A stretch of DNA of 15,738 nt, filler included, from an uncultured bacterium (GCA_964609495.1; 9 parts of 9 records of this genome joined end to end with filler, not necessarily neighbours in it), one strand, 5' to 3'; counted from the first letter of the whole stretch, positions 1 through 7,399 are shown. Translations and numbers: made by a program. Notes: generated by a model from the sequence alone, not told the origin.

Positions 1-15
1 GGGGAATATGATTCT

Positions 16-143
16 CCCCCTCACCCTATCCCTCTCCCACGAGGGGAGAGGGAACGTCGAGATAGAGCTGATCTCTTTATTTTCCCCCTTCTCTTGATCC
101 TCTATTTCCCCCTCCCTTGATGGGAGGGGTTAGGGGAGGGTGA
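16..143. repeat. Pair of oppositely oriented REP-like GC-rich palindromes
   Basis: Hairpin TCCCTCTCCC(29-38)/GGGAGAGGGA(44-53) preceded by CCCTCACCCTA. Second hairpin CCCCTCCC(109-116)/GGGAGGGG(122-129) followed by TTAGGGGAGGGTGA, i.e. a related unit in reverse orientation. Confidence 0.65.
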
Positions 144-211
144 TTTAAGGAAACTCAAATCCAAATCTGCTAGCACAATATTCTACATACTTCATTATTT
201 TCTCGTCTATA

Positions 212-240
212 TTGACAATAGCCCTTATAAATTGTATAAT
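212..240 (+). promoter_or_regulatory. Consensus sigma70 promoter for the DUF2283-like gene
   Basis: TTGACA (212-217), 17-bp spacer, TATAAT (235-240), ending 18 bp before ATG 259. Confidence 0.85.
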
Positions 241-258
241 AACAGGGATGAAGCTATT

Positions 259-516
259 ATGCAGAAAAAATTAAGTTATTCTTATAATAAACGGAGCGAT
301 GAGCTAAATATCTTCTTAGGTGAACCAGAGGAATCGATTTTAGCTGAGATAGAAGATGAAATATATGTAAGACTAAATCCTGATACTAAAGAGGTGCTAG
401 GGTTTACTATACTTCATTTTATAGAGAGATGCAAGGGGAAGAAAAGGGTAACTCCTTTTCCCTTACCAATTCTTGGATCATTTTCATTACCTCGTGATAT
501 TGTATTTCAGGATTAA
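259..516 (+). CDS. DUF2283/YuzE-like small protein (putative antitoxin-type), 85 aa
   Basis: Pattern YNKRSDELNIFL...IYVRLNPDTKEVLGFTILHF resembles DUF2283. Start moved from TTG 232 to ATG 259 because 232 overlaps the -10 box; AGGGA precedes 259. Confidence 0.7.
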   Translation: MQKKLSYSYNKRSDELNIFLGEPEESILAEIEDEIYVRLNPDTKEVLGFTILHFIERCKGKKRVTPFPLPILGSFSLPRDIVFQD

Positions 517-546
517 TAGCTATCTCAATGCTTTAGGGGATAAAAA

Positions 547-1707
547 CTATCCGCTTCCCAACTCTGCTAGTAACTCCTCTACCCACTTGCTAAATTGCTC
601 CTCTCCTACTAACCTTCTGATATTCGCTATATCATTTCTCGCCAACTTCTCATAGGGCGAATGCAACTTATGAAATATGACTAATGCTTGTAAGTATTTT
701 TCCAGAGCTTGTTTATATTGCCCTTGAGCGTGATATAACTTTCCTAGTTGACCAAAGCTTAGAGCGATCCCGCTCTTATCCCCTAACTGCCTTGCTATCT
801 GCAAACTCTCCTCATAGAGCTCACCCGCTTCCTCATACTCCCCCTGAGACTGCTTTATCACCCCCAACTGGCTAAGGGAGTTAGCGATGCTAATCTTATC
901 TCCTAACTGTCTTGATATCCACAAACACTCCTGATAGAGTTCCTCCGCCTCCTCATAGCTCCCTTGCTGATAGTGGATATTCCCCAACTGGCCAAGGGAG
1001 TAAGCGATGCCTTTCTTATCCCCTAACTGCTTCCTAATCCGCAAGCTCTCCTGATAGAGTTCCTCTGCCTCCTCATAGCTCTCTTGCTGATAGTGGATAT
1101 TCCCCAACTGGTGAAGGGAGCTAGCGATGCCTTTCTTATCCTCTAACTGCCTTGCTATCCGCAAGCTCTCCTCATAGAGCTTCTCCGCATCCTCATAGTT
1201 CCCCTGATCCTGCTTTATTATCCCCAACTGGTGAAGGGAGCTAGCGATGCCGCTCTTATCCCCTAACTGCCTCTTAATCCGCAAGCTCTCCTCATAGAGC
1301 TTCTCCGCTTCCGCATAATCCCCTTGCTGATAGTGGATATTCCCCAATTGGTGAAGAGAGCTAGCGATTCCGCTCTGATCCCCTAACTGTCTGAAAGTCC
1401 GCAAGCTCTCCTCATAGAGCTTCTCCGCCTCCTCACAGTTCCCTTGATCTTGCCTTATCATCCCCAACTGGTGGAGGGAGATAGCAATTCCGCTTTGATC
1501 CCCTAACTGCCTGAAAGTCCGCAAGCTCTCCTCATAGCACTCCTCCGCCTCCTTATAGCTCCCCTGAGCTTGCTTCATCATCCCCAACTGGTGAAGGGAG
1601 GTAGCGATACCTATCTTATCCCTTAATCTGTAAGCTCTCCTCATAGTACTCCTCCGCCCTTCCTTCATTATACCCAACTGGTGAAGGGAGGTCGTGATGT
1701 CGTCCAT
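547..1707 (-). CDS. Tetratricopeptide-repeat protein (40-aa TPR_12/MalT-like repeats), probably lacking an N-terminal domain
   Basis: About 8 repeats of GIASSLHQLGxIxxxQGxYEEAEKLYEESLRIxRQLGDKS. Open 386-aa ORF with a degenerate first repeat. Confidence 0.9.
   Translation of the reverse strand: MDDITTSLHQLGIMKEGRRSTMRRAYRLRDKIGIATSLHQLGMMKQAQGSYKEAEECYEESLRTFRQLGDQSGIAISLHQLGMIRQDQGNCEEAEKLYEESLRTFRQLGDQSGIASSLHQLGNIHYQQGDYAEAEKLYEESLRIKRQLGDKSGIASSLHQLGIIKQDQGNYEDAEKLYEESLRIARQLEDKKGIASSLHQLGNIHYQQESYEEAEELYQESLRIRKQLGDKKGIAYSLGQLGNIHYQQGSYEEAEELYQECLWISRQLGDKISIANSLSQLGVIKQSQGEYEEAGELYEESLQIARQLGDKSGIALSFGQLGKLYHAQGQYKQALEKYLQALVIFHKLHSPYEKLARNDIANIRRLVGEEQFSKWVEELLAELGSG
743..1690. repeat. 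120-bp coding tandem repeat array underlying the TPRs
   Basis: CCCAACTG anchor at 863, 983, 1103, 1223, 1343 (CCCAATTG), 1463 and 1583 (period 120), then 1673 (period 90). Confidence 0.95.
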
Positions 1708-1766
1708 ATTGACAATAGCCCTTTCCTTACCTCGTGATATCGTATTTCAAGATTAATAGCTACCTC
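1700..1766 (+). pseudogene. Internally deleted relic of a second DUF2283-like locus (promoter -35 region fused to the last 10 codons)
   Basis: 1700-1723 matches 203-226 (23/24). 1722-1766 matches 482-526 (41/45). 1724-1756 encodes SLPRDIVFQD*. Confidence 0.85.
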
Positions 1767-1834
1767 TCCAACTCCCCTCTCATCCGCTCATATATCCCCT
1801 TAAACGGTTCCGCCAAGCCACCCACTATCTCCGA
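1760..1834 (-). CDS. C-terminal fragment of a hypothetical protein (SEIVGGLAEPFKGIYERMRGELER*), cut by the contig edge
   Basis: Open frame from the contig end to TAG at 1760-1762. Its position relative to the relic parallels the TPR gene's position relative to the intact DUF2283 gene. Confidence 0.4.
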   Translation of the reverse strand, partial: SEIVGGLAEPFKGIYERMRGELER

Positions 1835-1934
1835 NNNNNNNNNNNNNNNNNNNNNNNNNNNNNNNNNNNNNNNNNNNNTTAATTAATTAANNNNNNNNNN
1901 NNNNNNNNNNNNNNNNNNNNNNNNNNNNNNNNNN
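1835..1934. other. Artificial contig linker (also at 3728-3827, 5519-5618, 7298-7397, 9063-9162, 10796-10895, 12473-12572, 14109-14208)
   Basis: Identical 100-bp N44-TTAATTAATTAA-N44 spacers with stops in all frames. Genes break at each one. Confidence 0.99.
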
Positions 1935-2754
1935 CAGTCATATCACCATCTCCATTGAAATCCAATCCGTAATCAGCCTCATTTATCGTGTCCGTTGATG
2001 CTCGTTCACTTGTCTCATTAAATTGGAGCAGAGGGTCGTCTTTTCCTTCGACCACATCAGCGAAATCAGCATCGCCATTTACATCGACCAGATATCTATC
2101 TCCACCAACATCCCAAATACTGATCGCTACCTCTCCTTCTTCCAGAGGAGGAGTTTCGGGAGGCTGATCTGGATCATCCTCTTCCTCGCCTCCGCCAGGA
2201 GGTAATGCTCCTGTTGCTACCATTGTCTCGGTGTTCCTCGCCCACGCGGCAGCGGTCATCGTGGTGCTACCTTCTCTAACTAGAGCCTCCACGGTTACTC
2301 TTACCCTTCGAACCTTGTCCTTGTTGCCAGAGGTTGCGGCAAGTTTTGTCTCTATCTGATCGTAATATTCAAAGCTGAGGCTCTGGATATTGTTGGCTAG
2401 CTCCCTTTCATATCGCTTTGCCGGAGAATTGGGGTTCATAGTTCGAATTATCTGGTTGTTATCTAACTCATACTTAATATCTCCTTGGGAGGGAGAAATA
2501 AGGGTTATGCTATGATCCGCTATAGCTTTGAAGCCACTGGCATATCTGATATCTCGTGTCATTGTCGCCAAAGATATCCTTGCCGATTGGCTCTCCTCAG
2601 CCAGAGAGGCGGCTGATAGCCAAGCTTCAACTCCGCTATTCAGAAGATAGTAGAAGCCGCCTATAACAATAGTCAACATAGCCATAGCGATCATCATTTC
2701 TACCAAAGTTACTCCACCCTCATTTTGAACGATATAATCTCTGATCTTCTTCAT
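1935..2754 (-). CDS. Prepilin-type N-terminal cleavage/methylation protein (PilW/GspJ-like minor pilin) with C-terminal extension, 3'-truncated
   Basis: G|VTLVEMMIAMAMLTIVIGG class III signal with E+5, and A...MTRDIRYA helix. Likely ATG at 2754 after an AAGGGGGG RBS. Confidence 0.85.
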
Positions 2755-2903
2755 CGCGCTTTCGCCCCCCTTCTTTAGCTTTAAGTTTGAAAAATTGAGG
2801 ACTTCGATATTTAATCCTCCTGATCTCATCCCCTATCCCCTCCCCTATATTCGGTAAGGAGAAGGGTGCTTGTAAGGGCGGGATGAGTTTCTTAAGAAAA
2901 AGT

Positions 2904-3727
2904 TTAATGACCAGCAGGTGTTTCTACCTCTCGCCAGCCTGTTATATTCCACCTATTGAGAATGACCGGGAAGTTTGGAGGTGGATAGAAAGCGATGTCT
3001 GGATCCCCTAGATACTTCCTAGTGGGACGACCACTGCTGTAGCTTCCTGCACTAGTCCAAGCCCCTGCGCTTCCCCCGTTCTTGGTGATTATAGGTCCTT
3101 TAATCGCTAAGAACCATATCTTCTTATATATCCCAGTCCCAAAGTTATTGGTCGTCAGGTTGTTAACGTCTGACAACAGATCTTCCTCATTCCATCCATC
3201 CGCATTAAGTGCCTCTATAGAGCCATTTCTATCTAGATCGTATGAGCCAGTGGGGACGGTGTGAGTCCTCGGGCTCTTATCGTAACTATCATTATAATCA
3301 TTAGGCCTCCAGTTATTTTTTACCGCCATCAAGGCCGCCTCGATCCGCAACACCCTAGGGGTATACTCGTCGATATACACGTAATCCCAGGCTACCAACC
3401 CCATCTTGGTAGGGGTGCTATCGTTATTCGTTCCCATAATAGTCTCTCCAGTAATGAACATATCGTCTGAGGCGTATATAGTGACGGATTCCCCCTCAAG
3501 GTGTCCACTCACTCTAGCATCACCCTCGACAAAGATCGTTCCATTGAAATTTGATGGGATCGTATAGTTTTTGCCATCAGGGTCGGTGTAGTAAGGGTTA
3601 CCATTGTAAGTTGGTTGAGAGGGGTTAGTGACGAAATCAAAGAGGCTAAGATTTATAGTTGGATCGGGATTAGTGTTATCTATGTGCAATCCAGCAGAAT
3701 CCGCTAAAGCTCGATAGTGATCTAAGT
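2904..3727 (-). CDS. PilX/DUF4900-like pilus-associated protein, C-terminal part (5'-truncated)
   Basis: Motifs GTIFVEGDARVSG, TIYASDDMFITG, MGLVA, IEAALMA, PPPNFP and terminal WREV resemble PilX-like C-termini. Frame is open to the contig edge and lies upstream of a pilin-like gene. Confidence 0.6.
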
Positions 3728-3896
3728 NNNNNNNNNNNNNNNNNNNNNNNNNNNNNNNNNNNNNNNNNNNNTTAATTAATTAANNNNNNNNNNNNNNNNN
3801 NNNNNNNNNNNNNNNNNNNNNNNNNNNATATCCTATCCTCTTATATACTTAAATATAAGATTACAAATCAATAAGTATGTTTGTAATTATAAATAC

Positions 3897-4166
3897 TTAT
3901 TTAGGAGTGATAGGATTTCGTTCAAAAAACTCATCTATTGCTCTTCGCACCACTTCCGATTTATCAAGCTCATTGTAGAAAGCGTAGGCTCTAATATTCT
4001 GTATCTGGACAGGACGAAAATAGTAAGTCTTTCTTTTGTATTCTTGTTTTCTTGTAGACTTATCTACTTGTCCCTCAGCAGGGGATTCTTTCTCATTAGT
4101 CTTGTGGAAGAATATCTTTTTCCCCTCCTTAGGACTCTCTGGGATTTTAGCTCTTTTTTTACTCAT
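3897..4166 (-). CDS. Small ribbon-helix-helix (CopG/ParG-like) DNA-binding protein, probable ParA partner
   Basis: Basic, apparently disordered N-terminus. C-terminal KRKTYYF (strand)...IQNIRAYA...KSEVVRRAIDEFF pattern. Start overlaps the parA stop. Confidence 0.75.
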   Translation of the reverse strand: MSKKRAKIPESPKEGKKIFFHKTNEKESPAEGQVDKSTRKQEYKRKTYYFRPVQIQNIRAYAFYNELDKSEVVRRAIDEFFERNPITPK

Positions 4167-4923
4167 TGTTGATCACCTTAGCTAGCTGGCGATAAGCTTC
4201 TGCACCTTCACTATCGCTAGCGTATTTTAAAATTGATTCTTTAGCTACAGGAGTCTCCTTAAATCTTACGGTCTCTTTTATTACCATATCGAAAACTCTA
4301 ATATTTCTCTCAAATTCTGCTCTGGTTCTTTGAAGCACTTCTCTGGAATGAAGTGTTCTCTTATCATAACGAGTGGGTAGTATGCCTAAAATTTTCAAGT
4401 TAGGATTGACCTCTTCTCTTATCCCCTCAATTATATCTAATAGCAAACTTATTCCCACCATAGCGTAATATTCGCAGGAGAGGGGTATTAAAACACTATC
4501 TGCTGCTGAGAGAGCATTTACGGTAAGTAATCCTAAAGCCGGAGGACAATCGATTAGGATATAATCATAATTTTGTTTTATGGGCACTAAAGCATTTTTC
4601 AATCTATCTTCTCTATGATATTTGTTCATCAACTGGAGTTGAGCCGCAGCTAGGTCGATGTTAGAAGGAACAATATCTATCCCATCTTCCAGATTATATA
4701 TGATTTCTCCTATATCGATTTTGCCCATTAACACTTGGTAGATAGTTTGTTTAAGGTTATATACTTCAGGGACTCCAACACCAATACTCAAGCTTGCTTG
4801 AGGATCTATGTCAACTAATAGGACTTTCTTTCCTAGTTCGTTTAATGCCGCTCCTAAGCACCAACAAGTGGTTGTTTTTCCAACACCCCCTTTTTGGTTT
4901 GCAATGGCAATAGTTCTAGTCAT
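4159..4923 (-). CDS. parA: ParA/Soj family partition ATPase
   Basis: Deviant Walker A NQKGGVGKTT, LVDIDPQAS, YDYILIDCPP and ALSAAD motifs; 254 aa. Confidence 0.95.
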   Translation of the reverse strand: MTRTIAIANQKGGVGKTTTCWCLGAALNELGKKVLLVDIDPQASLSIGVGVPEVYNLKQTIYQVLMGKIDIGEIIYNLEDGIDIVPSNIDLAAAQLQLMNKYHREDRLKNALVPIKQNYDYILIDCPPALGLLTVNALSAADSVLIPLSCEYYAMVGISLLLDIIEGIREEVNPNLKILGILPTRYDKRTLHSREVLQRTRAEFERNIRVFDMVIKETVRFKETPVAKESILKYASDSEGAEAYRQLAKVINNE

Positions 4924-4953
4924 AATGTCCTCTTATGGATATAAAGATAATAT

Positions 4954-4994
4954 TACTTGAATACAAGTATACCACCAAAGAGATAAGAAGTCAA
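4954..4994 (-). promoter_or_regulatory. parA promoter with overlapping palindromic operator
   Basis: Minus strand TTGACT (4994-4989), 17 bp, TG-G-TATACT (4971-4966, extended -10). Inverted repeat TACTTG-aata-CAAGTA at 4954-4969. Confidence 0.7.
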
Positions 4995-5080
4995 GGGGGT
5001 AAAGGAGAAAAATTTTCTATAATAGCAGGCCATCATCTTCCTGTTAAAATAGCAGAAGTAGTAATGGAAGCTTACTAAAT

Positions 5081-5254
5081 ATGGAGATTATGCCAGATCA
5101 TATTCATCTTTTTGTCTCAGCACCACCTTATATAGCACCTACGGAAATGGTTAAAACTATTAAAAGTATAAGTGCAACAGAAGTGTTTCGGAGATTCAAG
5201 AATCTTAAAGCAAGGGGATTCTGGGGATCAGGATTATGGTCAAAAGGATATTAT
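5081..5254 (+). pseudogene. tnpA: IS200/IS605 Y1 transposase fragment, truncated at both ends
   Basis: HUH motif MPDHIHLFV, then IKSISA and LWSKGYY. Lacks the N-terminal region and the C-terminal catalytic YxxxQ helix; the frame runs into the RNA element and stops at 5290. Confidence 0.9.
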
Positions 5255-5510
5255 GTCAATGACCCACGACTGAAGGTCGTGGGCTTGTAGGGGAAACTGC
5301 AAGCCTGATTGACCAGCCTAAGTCCTGTTGGACTACGTTAGCTAGATCAAGACACCATAGGATGCTCCTCCAGTTCTATGCTCTGTCGCTAATAGTTAAA
5401 AGTTCTGAGGTCAGGAACGGTGCTATTAGCCTAGTAAGTCCAGCTAACATTGGCGAGGAGGGATAACCGAGAGGTTACGTTACCAGCCCCGTAAGGGGCT
5501 CCGCAAGGAG
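5255..5510 (+). ncRNA. HEARO-like / omegaRNA scaffold of an IscB/IsrB-family (RRXRR/PLMP) IS200/IS605 element
   Basis: Characteristic GTCAAnnACCC...GGGCTTG...TTGACCAGCCTAAG...CTACGTT...GACACC...GGATGC...CCAG...CTCTGTCG...AACATTGGCGAGG motif order. Multiple stems, a CTCCTC(5365-70)/GAGGAG(5455-60) long-range pairing, and GNRA-capped 3' hairpins. Confidence 0.85.
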
Positions 5511-5518
5511 AAAGAGAT
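5255..5518 (+). mobile_element. One end of an IscB-type IS200/IS605 element; nuclease ORF lost at the contig break
   Basis: Subterminal hairpin CCCACGAC-tgaag-GTCGTGGG (5263-5283). AGGAG RBS (5506-5510) followed by AT at the last two bases of the contig, a probable ATG. Confidence 0.7.
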
Positions 5519-5618
5519 NNNNNNNNNNNNNNNNNNNNNNNNNNNNNNNNNNNNNNNNNNNNTTAATTAATTAANNNNNNNNNNNNNNNNNNNNNNNNNN
5601 NNNNNNNNNNNNNNNNNN

Positions 5619-6893
5619 ATAGGCGAGATGGTGAGAATTCTCGTACTCCTTCTCGTATCCTGAGACCTGAAGGGCGGCATAGACCGCGGCTTGGGTATAG
5701 CTTTGCTCCGCTCCGATGACATTGATTACCCCATCCGTCTTGAATTTCTCCCTCTCTTCTCCTTCTGGATCGGAGCTCCAGAGCATCTTTCCATTCGGCT
5801 GGAGGCTATAGGCTAGATAGCGCATATCCCTGCTTAAAAGCCCAAATTTCCACATCTGATAAGCGATATCCTTGGCGGTGTAGGTAGGCAATCCATTCGA
5901 CCTTATCAATATCTTGCTGTTCAAATATTCATCATCGGAATTCGATTTACCGCTTGTCCAGAACTCGTCCATGTCTATTACCAAGCATCCCTTTTGGGGC
6001 CCATCCTGCGCCACATATACATGGGAGGATTTCTTTATCTTCTTCATCGCCTCTTCGAGAAGCTCGGATCGGACGATGTCGCTCTCCCAGCTCAATAGAT
6101 CATAGAAAACATTCAGACGCCAGGCTGTCTCCAACTGGGAATATAAGCACCTCTTCACGAATTCCCTATAATCACCACGCTCAAGCTTGGGCATCACCCC
6201 TTCTATTCCTCGCTCTATCTCTTTGAGTTCCTCTTCTTGGCTATCAGGATGTTCATCCTTCCCTCTCAATAGCGAATGCAAACGGACGTATAAATCGCCC
6301 AGGAAATGATCGAACTTGAGCCCATCGGGCTTATCCTCTTTGAAGTATTCGAAAGCATAGATAGTATCTGCTACCTGTTTTCCGGTGTCATCAATGTAGT
6401 TCTGTATCTCCACCTTATGCCCCAATTTTCTGAGGAGTCTTCCTAATACGTCTCCCAGAATCGCATTTCGGGAGTGTCCGATGTGCCAAGCTTTGTTAGG
6501 ATTAACCGAGGTATGTTCGATAATAACATTTTTCTTCTCGATCTCAGCAGGGACTCCGTAATCTTGATCGAGCTTTTGAATAAGAGTGATAAGCTGAGGG
6601 TAGAAAAGCTCGTTGTTGAGAAAGAAGTTTATATATCCTGCCCCGGCTACCTCGGCCCTCTCTACCAGAGGAGAGGAGGTATAATCGAAGCCTTTGACTA
6701 ACTCCTGAGCCATCCCTTGCGGTTTCTTCTTATATCTCTTACTGAGCAGAAAAGCTATATTGCAGGAGAGATCTCCGAACTCTCGACGGGGAGGGATGAC
6801 TAGAGAGATCTCAAGATCGTTTAGATCGATATTCTGAGATTTGATGAGATCGGTGCATTGTTCCTTGAAATCTAGGAAAGGGGTTTTCCGCAT
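5619..6893 (-). CDS. argS: Arginine--tRNA ligase, 3'-truncated
   Basis: FGDLSCNIAF, AGAGYINF, EHTSVNPNKAWHIGHSRNAILGD (HIGH), NYIDDTGKQ and RSNGLPTYTAKDIAY motifs. Confidence 0.96.
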
Positions 6894-6967
6894 CTATGAC
6901 CTCCCATTAAGTCTCCTTTACTTACTGCCTAAGTCCTATTAATGTTGCTAAAATTAAGGGTAAGAAT

Positions 6968-7297
6968 TTAATTTCTTGCCATCTTAAAATATTTATGTGA
7001 GGGAACAAATAATTTTTTGAAATAGATCTCTATTTGTTCATCTGTAACATCTTCAATAAAATCCCCCGGATTCCTACCTTTTATAGAGGCTTTGACGGTC
7101 TGAAATTTTAAGGCAGTTCTTTCTAAAACTTTTAGTAAGCTATTTTCCATACCAAATATCTGTTTTAGTAGTTCTATATCTTCTGAAATTGGGATCGAAC
7201 CACCAAAATCTTTTCTAAACCAATGTCCAACAGTATGCCGATATTTCTTAGGTAATCTATTTATTATATTTTGGATACTCAATCCATTGCTTTTTCT
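6968..7297 (-). CDS. C-terminal fragment of an AT-rich hypothetical protein, possibly a DNA methyltransferase
   Basis: Frame is open to the contig edge. GRNPGDF resembles the GKNPGDVW motif of N4/N6 MTases, but no catalytic motif is visible. Confidence 0.45.
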   Translation of the reverse strand, partial: RKSNGLSIQNIINRLPKKYRHTVGHWFRKDFGGSIPISEDIELLKQIFGMENSLLKVLERTALKFQTVKASIKGRNPGDFIEDVTDEQIEIYFKKLFVPSHKYFKMARN

Positions 7298-7399
7298 NNN
7301 NNNNNNNNNNNNNNNNNNNNNNNNNNNNNNNNNNNNNNNNNTTAATTAATTAANNNNNNNNNNNNNNNNNNNNNNNNNNNNNNNNNNNNNNNNNNNNGA

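Noticed and set aside
232-258. TTG start at 232 for the DUF2283-like gene
   Set aside because: It overlaps the TATAAT -10 box; ATG 259 fits better.
743-1690. CRISPR array or DGR template/variable repeat in the periodic region
   Set aside because: Whole 120-bp units are similar with no unique spacers, they encode in-frame TPRs, and no cas or RT gene is present.
1879-1890. Recurrent TTAATTAATTAA palindrome as a biological motif
   Set aside because: Always centred in N-runs; it is a synthetic all-frame stop linker.
5081-5290. Intact 69-aa transposase
   Set aside because: Too short, lacks the catalytic Tyr helix, and the last ~12 codons are read-through into the RNA element.
5461-5510. Rho-independent terminator or tRNA
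   Set aside because: No U-tract or cloverleaf; the GNRA hairpins fit the 3' part of the omegaRNA and include the RBS.
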